Origin: Candidatus Curtissbacteria bacterium
GTDB taxonomy: Bacteria; Patescibacteriota; Microgenomatia; Curtissbacterales; GWA2-41-24
NCBI GenBank assembly: GCA_016183325.1
Contig: JACPEV010000011.1
Coordinates: 36,782-100,781, forward strand
Direction: 5' to 3'
Length of the DNA: 64,000 nt
The notes beneath the pieces were generated by a model. It did no database searches. It was not told the DNA's origin and worked only from the letters and a program-made list of their open reading frames with translations. Position numbers and translations under genes: made by a program. Positions 8,411-18,522 of the stretch are shown here, one piece after another (the first letter of the stretch is position 1; every line of letters starts with the position of its first letter).

Positions 8411-9781
8411 TTACTTGGGTAATTTTTCGATTTGGGATTTGGCGTTTTTGTAGGTAATCTTATATTTATAAGGGTGATAAAGAAAGACCGCTGGGGCATC
8501 TTCCATTAGAAATTTTTGAAAATCATAATAAAGCTCTCTTCTGACATCTTCTTTCTTTTCACTTCTGGCGTCTTCTAAGAGCTTATCTATTTTGACATCT
8601 TTATATTGGGTGATGTTGGTTGCGCTTTGAGTTGAGTGCCACATCGCATATTGGTCAGGATCAGGACTTAATTTGTCTCGCGCTAAAAGTGCTTGAAAAC
8701 TTTCAGGTACGGTTTTGATAACAGTCAATTCTGTTCCGACTCCAATTGCCTGCCAGTCTTGTTTAACTTGGCCGGCAACATCTTCAAGTCCCGGCAGAAC
8801 CGACAGTTTAATTTTCGAATTCGCTATTGCAGATTTTGAGAGAAGTTCTTTAGCCTTGCCGGTATTATAGTCGTATCTTTTAACTGACTCATTGTATGCC
8901 CAACTAGTCGGAGCGATAGGGCTAGTAGCCGAACGTCCTGCAAAATTACTCCTATTGACGGCATAGCTTAAGGCTTGGCGCAATTCTCTTGAGGAAAGCA
9001 GCGGATCTTGGTTATTGAAAAAGATAGTGATAATCTCTTGGTCTTCGACCTCTTTCTCAACAGCCAGAGTTGGCCAGCTTGCGAAGTTTTGGCCACTAGT
9101 TACCTCTACATTTTTGATTTCGCCTATTTTGAGAGCATGGATTGCTTGAGCTTCTGTTTGGTAAAACTTAATATTGACCCTGGGCATTTCCTTATTCTTA
9201 GGTACCAAACTTATTTTTTTGACAATATTTTCTTTCTGATCGATGTCGACGATTCTGAACTGACCTGTTCCGTAGAAGCTCTTAGTTTTGAAGACTGGTT
9301 TGTCAAGAGCAAGGAGAAAAGACGAGATAGGACTTTCCAGCTTAAATTCGATGACCCGATTATTAAGTGCAGTGATTTTGACACCCAAGAGTGCAATAGA
9401 AATATCTTTAGCATCAACAGCAGTCGCATCATGCCACTTGAGATTATCTTTGAGAAAAATCAGATAGGTTTTGCCATCATCAGAAACGGTCCAGTAGGAA
9501 GCAAGTTGCGCCAGCGGCCGGCCATTTCGATCTGTGGTGATTAGCGACTCTGTGACCAGTGACAGCACAGGTGTTGGAATAGTATTGAGAGAATAAACGC
9601 CAACATAGCCAATGTTGAGAGTGTTTTTTTGGCTGAGAAGCGGCCAAACTTTTGATATCAGAAAGACAATTAAGAAAATCGTGGCGACAGAGGCTAAAGC
9701 TGGAAATTTATACCTGATGGCGTAGGCTTGTGTCAGATTCCACCAAAACTTAATTCGCCTTATGGTAACTCCTCTTGACAT
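8411..9781 (-). CDS. ABC transporter substrate-binding protein, family 5 (OppA/DppA-like)
   Basis: LASYWTVSDDGKTY...KWHD, LRQALSYAVNR, YDYNTGKAKELL. Confidence 0.85.
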   Translation of the reverse strand: MSRGVTIRRIKFWWNLTQAYAIRYKFPALASVATIFLIVFLISKVWPLLSQKNTLNIGYVGVYSLNTIPTPVLSLVTESLITTDRNGRPLAQLASYWTVSDDGKTYLIFLKDNLKWHDATAVDAKDISIALLGVKITALNNRVIEFKLESPISSFLLALDKPVFKTKSFYGTGQFRIVDIDQKENIVKKISLVPKNKEMPRVNIKFYQTEAQAIHALKIGEIKNVEVTSGQNFASWPTLAVEKEVEDQEIITIFFNNQDPLLSSRELRQALSYAVNRSNFAGRSATSPIAPTSWAYNESVKRYDYNTGKAKELLSKSAIANSKIKLSVLPGLEDVAGQVKQDWQAIGVGTELTVIKTVPESFQALLARDKLSPDPDQYAMWHSTQSATNITQYKDVKIDKLLEDARSEKKEDVRRELYYDFQKFLMEDAPAVFLYHPYKYKITYKNAKSQIEKLPK

Positions 9782-9788
9782 TTTGCTT

Positions 9789-10004
9789 TTAGATGATAAC
9801 TAATACGGTGGAGATGATAAAGAAAAGAGTTGCCAGAATTACCGTCAGATAAACAAAAAGTTTTTCTACTCCTCTTTTCGATCTATAAAAGCCACCTTCA
9901 CCCCCGAAAGTTGCAGAGAGACCTGAACCTTTAGCCTGAAGTAGAATTATGACCATAAGAAGGGTAGAGACGATTATTTGGATTATCAGTAGGAAATTTT
10001 TCAC
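9789..10004 (-). CDS. secG: Preprotein translocase subunit SecG
   Basis: ILLQAKGSGLSATFGG...KRGVEK, two TM helices. Confidence 0.92.
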   Translation of the reverse strand: MKNFLLIIQIIVSTLLMVIILLQAKGSGLSATFGGEGGFYRSKRGVEKLFVYLTVILATLFFIISTVLVII

Positions 10005-11002
10005 TTGTTGATTATTTTCTCGATGGCTTTGGCGATTTTTTGGCTGTGGTGGTAGATCGGATATTGATTGTTAACAAAGTCATCGGCGATAATTTCTGCC
10101 CCAAATTTTTCTAAATTTCTTTTATCGTACTTGACATATGAATAATGAAGATTTGCAGGTATTTTTGATTTTTGGTTGGTATTGACTAGTATTGTATCAA
10201 AAGAAAGATCTTTAAGGTGATTTTTAATAGTCACAAGATAATCCGAGCCCATAAAACCAGCTGTTTCAAAAGGTTTATTGGCAATATTGAGGATAAATAT
10301 TTTTTTAGCTTTGCTCTTGGTTGTTGCGATTTTTATTTTAGGGACGATTAAAACTGGCAGAACTGTAGTGAATAAATCGCCTGGCCCAATAATTAAAAGT
10401 TGAGCTTCTCTGATAGCCGAAATTGCCGGTTTGAAGGCTTCGATATCCGAAGGATCCAGGTGGACTTCGGTCAGAGACTGGTGAGAATTATATTTGCCTA
10501 AATCTATATTTTGCTCGCCATAAATTTTCTGGCCATTTTTAGTTTTGGCCCAAATATTGACGTCGCCAACGGAGGCAGGCAAAACACGGCCTTTTGAGGA
10601 GACAATTTTGCAGAATTCTTCGAGAGCTTTGTTTGTGTCCCCCTTGCAGATATCTGTGAGAGCAACAAAAATAAGATTGCCAAGTTTGTGGCCACCAAGA
10701 TCTGTATCTTTGCCATATCTTTTGCCTGCAAAACGATAGATAAAAAGTTTTTGGAGAATTGATTCTTCGTCGGAAAGAGCGGCGAGGCAGTTGACTAAGT
10801 CCCCTGGAGGCGGAACAGAAAAGGCACGTCTTAGGCGACCCGCTGATCCTCCATCATCGGCCATGGAGACTATGGCTGTCAAATCGTAACTGCCTCTTAG
10901 GCCCTTAAGAATTTGAGCTGTGCCCACACCACCACCAAGACAAACAACCTTTTTTGTTTTTTCGGGGAGTTCAAGGTAGTGTCTGAAAAATTCTGAGAAC
11001 AT
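10001..11002 (-). CDS. YvcK/CofD-like UDP-sugar-binding gluconeogenesis factor
   Basis: LGGGVG, ADDGGSAGRLR, PPGD, GHKLGNL, IGPGDLFTT. Confidence 0.9.
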   Translation of the reverse strand: MFSEFFRHYLELPEKTKKVVCLGGGVGTAQILKGLRGSYDLTAIVSMADDGGSAGRLRRAFSVPPPGDLVNCLAALSDEESILQKLFIYRFAGKRYGKDTDLGGHKLGNLIFVALTDICKGDTNKALEEFCKIVSSKGRVLPASVGDVNIWAKTKNGQKIYGEQNIDLGKYNSHQSLTEVHLDPSDIEAFKPAISAIREAQLLIIGPGDLFTTVLPVLIVPKIKIATTKSKAKKIFILNIANKPFETAGFMGSDYLVTIKNHLKDLSFDTILVNTNQKSKIPANLHYSYVKYDKRNLEKFGAEIIADDFVNNQYPIYHHSQKIAKAIEKIINK

Positions 11003-11021
11003 TGAGGGATATGGTAGCAGA

Positions 11022-11060
11022 AGGGTATCGAGGGTATCAAGAGTATCGGGGGTATCAAGG
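11022..11060 (+). repeat. 9-bp tandem repeat (RGRGTATCR) x4
   Basis: agggtatcg agggtatca agagtatcg ggggtatca. Confidence 0.8.
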
Positions 11061-11061
11061 C

Positions 11062-11463
11062 CTATTCAAAAATAAGGTGGAGGATTTTTTGCGTGACTGT
11101 GAGTACGAGCGCAATGGCAACGATAGTTGCAATCAGATTCAAATTTGCAGGTTGAATAATAATGCCTGCGATGTCTGCGCCAGGAAAGTTATAAGGAGCA
11201 ATGTTAAATCCTGGCAAGAATGTCAACAAGGCAAAAAGCAGCACAATATTGATAATAAGTGAAAGCAAGCCGAATGTTAAAAGATTGAAAGGCAGAAGTA
11301 TCAAAGAAAATATGGGTTTAATTAGGGTTGAGACGAAAAAAATTGTGCCAACTACGATTAATAAATCTTGGGGATCACCTCCAAGCATAATAGTCGGAAT
11401 GATGCTGTAGGCTACGTAAAAGGAGATGGCAGCTATTATAAAGGTTCTGAGGTAGTGTTTCAT
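11062..11463 (-). CDS. YvlD/DUF360 (phage holin family 4-like) membrane protein
   Basis: IKPIFSLILLPFNLLTFGL signature. Confidence 0.85.
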   Translation of the reverse strand: MKHYLRTFIIAAISFYVAYSIIPTIMLGGDPQDLLIVVGTIFFVSTLIKPIFSLILLPFNLLTFGLLSLIINIVLLFALLTFLPGFNIAPYNFPGADIAGIIIQPANLNLIATIVAIALVLTVTQKILHLIFE

Positions 11464-11520
11464 TGGGCAGTGCTTGTATTTAGTATTCTGTATTTAGTAT
11501 CCAGCATTAATTTTTGAAAT

Positions 11521-12777
11521 TCAACTTTTGTTCAGTAGCAGTTGTTTTGAGCGTAAATTTCTGTGATAGGTTATGGCAAAGCGGTGGGCTTCATCTCGGA
11601 TTTCTTGGGCAAGTTGTCTTGCTGGACTTTCTTTTGGAAGAGAGATCGGCAAGGTTTTGTCCTTAGTGTAAATTTCTTCAAATCTTTTGGCAAGGGAGAT
11701 AACTTTTATTTCGAAATTAGATTTGGGTAAGGTTGACAAGACGGCATTTAGTTGGCCGCGTCCACCATCTATGATGATTAGTTGGGGTTTGGGCCAGTCA
11801 TTTTTAAATCTTCGTGACAAGATTTCTTTGAGCATTTGGTAGTCGTTTGGAGTGCTGGTAAGCTTGATTTTGAAACGGCGGTACTGAGATTTATCGCTTT
11901 TGCCATTAATAAAGACGACCATTGAGCCTGTGGCAAGTTTCCCGGAAATATTGGAGACATCGTAGCATTCAATCCTCTTTGGGATCTTTTCTAGTCCTAA
12001 CTGAGTTTTCAGAGCTTGGAGCCTTAGAGTGGTTAGATCATCTACAAGGGTGGGTTGTTCTAGAAATTCCCTGGGGGTTCGGAAACTTGCACCAAGAGAT
12101 TGAATTTTTTCTATTTGTTTTTTGATTTCATTTGCAGTTTCATATCTTTGTTCACCCGCGGCTTTTTTCATTTCTTTGGTCAACGATTTGATAAGTGGCT
12201 GGCTTTTTGTGGAAAGAAGGTCTTTGATTTTGCGGATTGTTTTTTGATATTTGATTTTGGAATCAGCATTTTCATAAGGGTATGGACAAAGTCTCAGGTG
12301 TACGTAAAGACAAGGTTTTTGGGGGTTTCTATGGTGGCAAAATGGGAAGATCCGTCTGATTATTTTTAAAATAGAGCGCGTTTCTTTGGTTGACGGAAAT
12401 GGTCCCTTTAAAAATTCGCCTCTTTTTTGTTTTTGTTTTCTTACAAGCTGGACTTGAGGAATTTCATCTTTGGTGACTTTGATATAGATCGGGCTTTTAT
12501 CGTCTTTGGCTTGTGAGTTGAAAAATGGTTGGTTAGTCCTTATGAGTTCGGCTTCAAGCAACAAAGCCTCGAATTCGGAAAATACTTTAATAAATTCAAC
12601 ATGATCGATTTTTGCAACCAAAAGACTCATTTTTGGGCCGAGATTTTTATTTGTAAAATATGATGCGACCCTTTTTTTTATCGATATTGATTTCCCTACG
12701 TAAAGCAGATTATTCTGTGCATTATAGAATTTGTAGATTCCCGGAGAATCTGGAAGGCTGTCTATGCTTGGTTTCAC
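11521..12777 (-). CDS. uvrC: Excinuclease ABC subunit C (short form lacking the C-terminal HhH)
   Basis: LPDSPGIY...YVGKS GIY-YIG, RIECYDVSN, IDGGRGQ, RDEAHRFA. Confidence 0.93.
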   Translation of the reverse strand: MKPSIDSLPDSPGIYKFYNAQNNLLYVGKSISIKKRVASYFTNKNLGPKMSLLVAKIDHVEFIKVFSEFEALLLEAELIRTNQPFFNSQAKDDKSPIYIKVTKDEIPQVQLVRKQKQKRGEFLKGPFPSTKETRSILKIIRRIFPFCHHRNPQKPCLYVHLRLCPYPYENADSKIKYQKTIRKIKDLLSTKSQPLIKSLTKEMKKAAGEQRYETANEIKKQIEKIQSLGASFRTPREFLEQPTLVDDLTTLRLQALKTQLGLEKIPKRIECYDVSNISGKLATGSMVVFINGKSDKSQYRRFKIKLTSTPNDYQMLKEILSRRFKNDWPKPQLIIIDGGRGQLNAVLSTLPKSNFEIKVISLAKRFEEIYTKDKTLPISLPKESPARQLAQEIRDEAHRFAITYHRNLRSKQLLLNKS

Positions 12778-14708
12778 AGAGGAGATTTTATCATTGGGTG
12801 AGGATTTTTTCTTTTCTTTATCTTTTTGTAGAGGTATAGTCCCGCACCTATGATTAGGATGGCAATTATGACGCTTAGCGCGGACTCGCGGATTAGTACT
12901 AGCTTAAAAATGGGCAGAATTGTTACGGGCCTGGAAATTTCTGATCCTGCATAGCTTATGATTAGCATATCTGTAGCAGTTTTGAAAAGTCCTGCAGATT
13001 GTAACCTGAACGTAAAGTTTTCCTGAGAATATGGAGGAAGGATTGGAATTGTTTGGGAGAAGGTATATCCTGACTCGCTTGAGGGTTTTTGTAGACTGCC
13101 AACTTTTTCAAGCTTTGAGGCTGTTAATTTTAGATCTTGGTTAATAATCGAGGTGGAACCGACATTTTTTATGCCTATTAAGATTCTTGTGGGTATACCA
13201 GATAAAATTTTTTCTTGAGCATTTAGAGTCAACTGAGGCGTAGATGTTGGTTCAGGTAAATCTTTAGCAAATTCTACAAAGACACTTTTTTGTTCAAGTT
13301 GGTTCTTTTTTTTGTAGGCACCGGCAGGATATGGACTTGTTGAGGATACACCTCTTTGGACGAAAGTAATGTGATTAAAGTCAAGCTTATTGAAAAAATC
13401 CAGCCCACCAGATGTTGACCCCCAAGTTGGGTCAACCTGGACCCAACCTAAATTGTCATCCCAATATTCAGGCCAAGCGTGCAAGATATCGCCTTTGTTT
13501 AAGCTTAAGGAAAGAGGTTTGAGGCGCTCGTTTTGCGTATAAGCGTAACCTTCCACTTCACGCGCAGGGATACTGGCAGCCCTGGCTAGAGCAATAAATA
13601 GGTCTGTGAATTCGGTGCAAACAGAATCTTTGGGTGAAGTGATACTTGACGCTGCTCCTTTTCTTTCGATTTTGTCAAGGTTAAGCCTTTCGTTACTATA
13701 TTTTAAAAAGTCAGCAACAAAATTGTAGATTTTTTCAGGCGTTTTCAACTCTTGCGCTTTATCTCGGATGAAAGCGTTGTCCGTTTCCCAATAAATCTGC
13801 GGTTGTGTGTAGAGTTGACGTTCTTCACTAGTTAGGCGAGAAAAAATATTCCTGAAGGGTTTTGAAAAAACTTCAACATAACCTGACGCAGTAATGTCTT
13901 TCTGTTCTTTGGGGGCCAATTTGTATTGGGCAAGAAAATTGCCATCCTTGTCGACCTTGACGTTTGAGGGAGGGGGTTCAACTTTTTCAAGAACCACTTT
14001 TTGATAATTGTTATCAGGCGGGAGAGTAATTGTGGCAAGTTGAGCTGTTAAGTTGTTATTCTCAATATGGTAATTAAGCTTGAACGCAAATATTTGTTTT
14101 TTGCCAAATGACATGGCAATGCCAGATTGAAAAAGTTGGTCTTTGTCAAAGGTGAATTCTTGTTGTAGGCCGGTGCGGTTTGAGCTTTTGGGAGCCGGAA
14201 CAGTTGTTGATAGCTCGCCGAAGGAATAAGGAATTAAAATTTTGGCCTCATAAGCGGTGATGTCGGGGTTTTTGGCGAGTCTGGGAATGGAAATATCCCA
14301 AATTTGGCCGGCTTTTGAGGCCAAGTCACTAGTGGTGTAAGTTAAGGTCCAAGGGAGAGTCTTATCAATTCCGATGACGCGTGCGTTGAAGCGGACGCTG
14401 ATGGTGGTAACGTTGTCATCGAATTTACTGGTTGTTTCCATCGGCCCCTCTTTGTCTTGGGCTTTGACGTTTTCTACTTGAGTAGAGCCGATTTTGAGTT
14501 CGAATTTGTCGGCATAACTATCGTTGGTTTTATTTTTAAGAGTGATGTTTTGGGTAATGTCAGTTTTTCCGTCATCTTTGACCAGGTAGCTCACTTTATA
14601 GGCAGTTTCAAATTCGCCTTGCGCGACTACGTCGCGAGTGATGAGTGATGAGTGATGAGTGATGAGTAAAAAAATAAGAATAAATAAGGACTTCAGAAGA
14701 TAACGCAT
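12774..14708 (-). CDS. Transglutaminase-like domain membrane protein
   Basis: VCTEFTDLF...AREVEGY...HAWPEY...WVQVDPTW catalytic triad; N- and C-terminal TM. Confidence 0.88.
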   Translation of the reverse strand: MRYLLKSLFILIFLLITHHSSLITRDVVAQGEFETAYKVSYLVKDDGKTDITQNITLKNKTNDSYADKFELKIGSTQVENVKAQDKEGPMETTSKFDDNVTTISVRFNARVIGIDKTLPWTLTYTTSDLASKAGQIWDISIPRLAKNPDITAYEAKILIPYSFGELSTTVPAPKSSNRTGLQQEFTFDKDQLFQSGIAMSFGKKQIFAFKLNYHIENNNLTAQLATITLPPDNNYQKVVLEKVEPPPSNVKVDKDGNFLAQYKLAPKEQKDITASGYVEVFSKPFRNIFSRLTSEERQLYTQPQIYWETDNAFIRDKAQELKTPEKIYNFVADFLKYSNERLNLDKIERKGAASSITSPKDSVCTEFTDLFIALARAASIPAREVEGYAYTQNERLKPLSLSLNKGDILHAWPEYWDDNLGWVQVDPTWGSTSGGLDFFNKLDFNHITFVQRGVSSTSPYPAGAYKKKNQLEQKSVFVEFAKDLPEPTSTPQLTLNAQEKILSGIPTRILIGIKNVGSTSIINQDLKLTASKLEKVGSLQKPSSESGYTFSQTIPILPPYSQENFTFRLQSAGLFKTATDMLIISYAGSEISRPVTILPIFKLVLIRESALSVIIAILIIGAGLYLYKKIKKRKNPHPMIKSPL

Positions 14709-14777
14709 TAAATCTAGTATCTAGGATTTAGTATTTGGTATCAAGTGTTTTTTGACAAGGAACATCCTTTGGGATTA

Positions 14778-14938
14778 AGGTTTGCTGAAAACCTACGTCG
14801 GACTGTCATTCTGGGAAGCGAAGCGACTCCAGAATCTAATTTTAGTAAGGATTCTGGACAAGCCAGAATGACAAAATGATGGTTTGTTCTGATATTCTTT
14901 TCTCATTATCGTGAGGTCAATAGGTTTTCAGCAAACTT
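14778..14938. mobile_element. MITE-like element with 16-bp terminal inverted repeats, containing a TGTC palindrome
   Basis: GTTTGCTGAAAACCTA (14780-14795) / TAGGTTTTCAGCAAAC (14921-14936). Confidence 0.6.
14804..14873. repeat. TGTC/CGTC-type REP-like palindrome
   Basis: TGTCATTCTGG...CCAGAATC N GATTCTGG...CCAGAATGACA. Confidence 0.85.
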
Positions 14939-14963
14939 ATTAGATTCATGATTTGACTTTTTG

Positions 14964-17963
14964 TTAAAAGCTCTTTGCCAAAAATTGACCGGTGTATGAA
15001 GATTTGACTCTTGCAACTTCACTAGGTGTACCTTGGGCTACAATTTGGCCTCCGCCGTCGCCACCTTCGGGGCCAAGATCAATTATCCAATCGGTGTTTC
15101 TGATAACGTCCATGTTGTGTTCAATAATAATCACCGTATTACCGGTGTCGACTAGGCGCCTGAGGATTGCAAGAAGTCTTTCGATGTCGGCAAAATGTAG
15201 ACCGGTCGTCGGTTCATCTAATATGTATAAAGTTTTCCCGGTTGCCCTTTTTGAGAGCTCGGTTGCCAACTTTACTCGTTGTGCTTCACCGCCTGAGAGT
15301 GTTGGGGCCGGTTGTCCGAGCCTGATATAGCCAAGGCCAACGTCGTAGATTGTTTCAAGTTTTTGTTTTATCTGCGGGATGTTTTCAAAAAAAGAAAGCG
15401 CTTCTTCGACGGTCATTTCCAGAACTTGCGAGATATTTTTGTTTTTATAATGAATTTCCAGGGCTTCTTGATTGTAACGTTTCCCGTTGCAAACTTCACA
15501 GTCGACGTAGACGTCCGGTAAAAATTGCATCTCGATTTTAACTTGACCATCGCCTTCACAGGCTTCGCAACGGCCGCCTTTGACGTTAAACGAGAAACGT
15601 CCCGGTTTGTAGGCTCGAACTCGCGCATCAGTCGTTTTGGAAAACAAATCCCTGATAAATGTAAAAACACCTGTGTAGGTTGCAGGGTTTGAACGAGGAG
15701 TTCTGCCGATTGGTGATTGGTCAATTAATATTACTTTATCAAGATTTTGGGTGCCATGAATTGTTTTGTGCTGGCCTGCTTTTTGACGTGAATGATAAAA
15801 CTCACTCGCGAGGGCATTATAGAGAACATCGTGAATTAATGTAGATTTTCCTGAGCCTGAAACACCAGTGATACAAATAAATTTTCCGAGTGGGAATTCA
15901 ACGTCGATGTTTTTAAGATTATGTTCTTTTGCTTCAAGGACGGTAAGGACGTTGTTACTGTTTGAGCTTGCCCTGTTACCATACGGCACCAGGCTTGTCG
16001 ACCCTTCGATTTTACTCAGGGTCGACACTGAGTTTATCGAATGTGTCGAGAACTTACCATTCCCCAACACCATACGGTGCAAGGTCGCTCGAAGAATATT
16101 ACTTATATCCACTTTTTTCTTTCCCGAAAGATATTTTCCAGTAAGGGAAGAAGGGTTTTTGATAATTTGCAGCGGGGTTCCTTGGGCTACAATTTTGCCT
16201 CCATGTTCGCCGGCTCCAGGGCCGAAATCCAGAATTTCGTCTGACGCTAGCATCATTTCTCGGTCGTGCTCGACAACTATGACGGTATTTCCGAGCTCTC
16301 TTAATTTCTTGAGAGTGGTGATAAGCCTGTTGTTATCCCGTTGGTGCAATCCAATTGACGGTTCATCAAGTACGTAAAGAACCCCAGATAAACCTGAGCC
16401 GATCTGGCTGGCGAGCCTAATTCGTTGAGATTCTCCCCCTGCGAGCGTGTTTGCCGTCCGATCGATGGTTAGATATTCAAGGCCGACATCCAAGAGAAAC
16501 TGAACCCTTGACATTAATTCTTTTAGGATTGGTGTCGATATTTTCTTATCCCGATCAGAGAGTAATTCACGACTTGTGGATAATTCCTTTAGCCACAAGA
16601 GCAGTTTAAAAATGGAGAACCTAGCAACTTCTGAGATGGATTTTTGTATGATTGTTACAGACAAAGCTTCTTTCTTGAGACGTGAACCTTTACACTCTTG
16701 GCACGTGTCTATCCTTATAAACTTTTCGATCTCGAACCTGACATAATTTGATTCCGTGCCCTTATACTTGCGCTCTAAATTATTTATCACGCCTTCGTAA
16801 TTGGTGTCCCAAGAAACAATACGGCCGTAACGATTCGGACCGGTGATGGTGTATGCTTGATCTCCTGAACCATAAAGCAAAATCTTTCTTGCTTCTTTAG
16901 ACAGATTTTCAATTGGTGCATCCATAGGAATTTTGTTTTCTTTAGCAACTGTTACCAAAACTCTCCAGGACCAGCTGTCGGATTCGACTAGGCGTGCCCA
17001 AGGAAGAATTCCGCCCTCTGAAATGGTCAGGTTGGGATTTAGTACAAGATCGGGGTCGACCTTTCGCAGTACGCCTAGTCCGTTACAAGTTGGACACGCT
17101 CCATGGGGGGAGTTGAAAGAAAACGTTCGTGGCTCAATTTCTGGGAGTGAAATATTGTCTTTGGGGCAGGCGAATTTTTCCGAAAAAAGATGATCTTTTA
17201 GCGCGTTTGGAAACTCGGGAATATCAAAAGTCTTATCCAATATCTCGGCAACGATGATTGTGCCTTCGCCAAGTTTTAAGGCCTGTTCTACTGATTGAAA
17301 CAGGCGGCTGTTTTCGGCGGGGATTGTCAGTCGGTCGATAACTGCATCAACTGAGTGTTTATTTGTCTTTATGAGCACAAAATCTTCGTCAAGTGATTTA
17401 ACCTTTCCGTCGATTCTGACATAACGGTATCCTTGCTTTTGCAAGTCTTTAAATAACTCTTTAAATTCACCTTTTCTGTCTTTAACAACTGGGGCAAGAA
17501 GAAGGATTCTGGTGAGTAGCTTGTGGCTTGTAGCACGTAGTTTTTGGATTTCGTCGACTATTTGTTGAGTTGACATGTGGGAAATTTCCCTGCCGCATAT
17601 AGGACAGTGTGGGTGACCAATTCTGGCAAACAAAAGTCGCAAATAATCGTAGATTTCCGTAACTGTTCCAACAGTGGATCTAGGATTGTGGGAAGTAGAC
17701 TTCTGGTCGATGGAAATAGCAGGAGAAAGGCCTTCAATCGAATCAACGTCGGGTTTATCCATAACTCCCAGGAATTGACGTGCGTATGAAGCTAGCGATT
17801 CGACGTAACGGCGTTGTCCTTCGGCATAGATGGTGTCAAACGCCAAGGAAGACTTGCCCGAACCAGAAATTCCCGTAAAAACAACTAGTTTGTTCTTGGG
17901 AATCTCGACATTGATATTTTTGAGATTATGTTCTCGGGCGCCTTTAATAATTATTTTGTCCAT
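14964..17963 (-). CDS. uvrA: Excinuclease ABC subunit A
   Basis: Two ABC ATPase modules ([18 protein letters not shown]), zinc fingers, LSGGEAQR. Confidence 0.98.
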   Translation of the reverse strand: MDKIIIKGAREHNLKNINVEIPKNKLVVFTGISGSGKSSLAFDTIYAEGQRRYVESLASYARQFLGVMDKPDVDSIEGLSPAISIDQKSTSHNPRSTVGTVTEIYDYLRLLFARIGHPHCPICGREISHMSTQQIVDEIQKLRATSHKLLTRILLLAPVVKDRKGEFKELFKDLQKQGYRYVRIDGKVKSLDEDFVLIKTNKHSVDAVIDRLTIPAENSRLFQSVEQALKLGEGTIIVAEILDKTFDIPEFPNALKDHLFSEKFACPKDNISLPEIEPRTFSFNSPHGACPTCNGLGVLRKVDPDLVLNPNLTISEGGILPWARLVESDSWSWRVLVTVAKENKIPMDAPIENLSKEARKILLYGSGDQAYTITGPNRYGRIVSWDTNYEGVINNLERKYKGTESNYVRFEIEKFIRIDTCQECKGSRLKKEALSVTIIQKSISEVARFSIFKLLLWLKELSTSRELLSDRDKKISTPILKELMSRVQFLLDVGLEYLTIDRTANTLAGGESQRIRLASQIGSGLSGVLYVLDEPSIGLHQRDNNRLITTLKKLRELGNTVIVVEHDREMMLASDEILDFGPGAGEHGGKIVAQGTPLQIIKNPSSLTGKYLSGKKKVDISNILRATLHRMVLGNGKFSTHSINSVSTLSKIEGSTSLVPYGNRASSNSNNVLTVLEAKEHNLKNIDVEFPLGKFICITGVSGSGKSTLIHDVLYNALASEFYHSRQKAGQHKTIHGTQNLDKVILIDQSPIGRTPRSNPATYTGVFTFIRDLFSKTTDARVRAYKPGRFSFNVKGGRCEACEGDGQVKIEMQFLPDVYVDCEVCNGKRYNQEALEIHYKNKNISQVLEMTVEEALSFFENIPQIKQKLETIYDVGLGYIRLGQPAPTLSGGEAQRVKLATELSKRATGKTLYILDEPTTGLHFADIERLLAILRRLVDTGNTVIIIEHNMDVIRNTDWIIDLGPEGGDGGGQIVAQGTPSEVARVKSSYTGQFLAKSF

Positions 17964-18003
17964 GTCAAAGCTTTAATTATATCAGAATTTTGATTCTGAT
18001 GGT

Positions 18004-18522
18004 TTGTCCAAAATTCCACCCCGAGTAGAGCACTGGAAAGAACTGACATCTTACGTATATACTTTGCCAATGCAAGAGGTACTTGAACCTGAATCTCTCG
18101 AATCTTTGTTTAGAGAGGTAATGATCATGTTTGTCCTCACAGCTGAAGAAATTGTTGAGGATCACGGGGATGGTATAAATTTTGTCGTTGAAACGTTTTC
18201 AACCGAAAGTCTTTTAAAAGGAATCGATCGAAAAGATTCAGCATTTCTCCGTTTGATTAAGTCTTCATCAGGAGTAATACCGGATTTGTTTCCTGAAAGT
18301 TCTTCTGAAGTTAGAATGTCCAGAGAACAAAATACTTATGATTTTTCAATTTCCTGGACTATCGTTGGAGGAACAATAATCAGTCTCGTCTTTAGTGGCT
18401 ATGAGGAAAAAACTACCAACGAGCCAAATTTATTAGGTGAAGCAAGAATTGCTAATAAAATTGTACACAATTTGAATTCGGCCCTTTGGGACTTGGATAA
18501 TTTACAATCAGACCGCCGGTGA
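18004..18522 (+). CDS. Hypothetical protein
   Basis: 172-aa ORF filling the gap between uvrA and uvrB on the opposite strand. Confidence 0.55.
   Translation: MSKIPPRVEHWKELTSYVYTLPMQEVLEPESLESLFREVMIMFVLTAEEIVEDHGDGINFVVETFSTESLLKGIDRKDSAFLRLIKSSSGVIPDLFPESSSEVRMSREQNTYDFSISWTIVGGTIISLVFSGYEEKTTNEPNLLGEARIANKIVHNLNSALWDLDNLQSDRR

Noticed and set aside
11002-11262. 86-aa ORF with GYRGYQ repeats
   Set aside because: Product of the nonamer repeat plus the antisense of the yvlD-like gene
11062-11463. Prophage suggested by a holin-like gene
   Set aside because: The YvlD/DUF360 family is a normal neighbour of uvr/yvcK genes and there are no phage genes nearby
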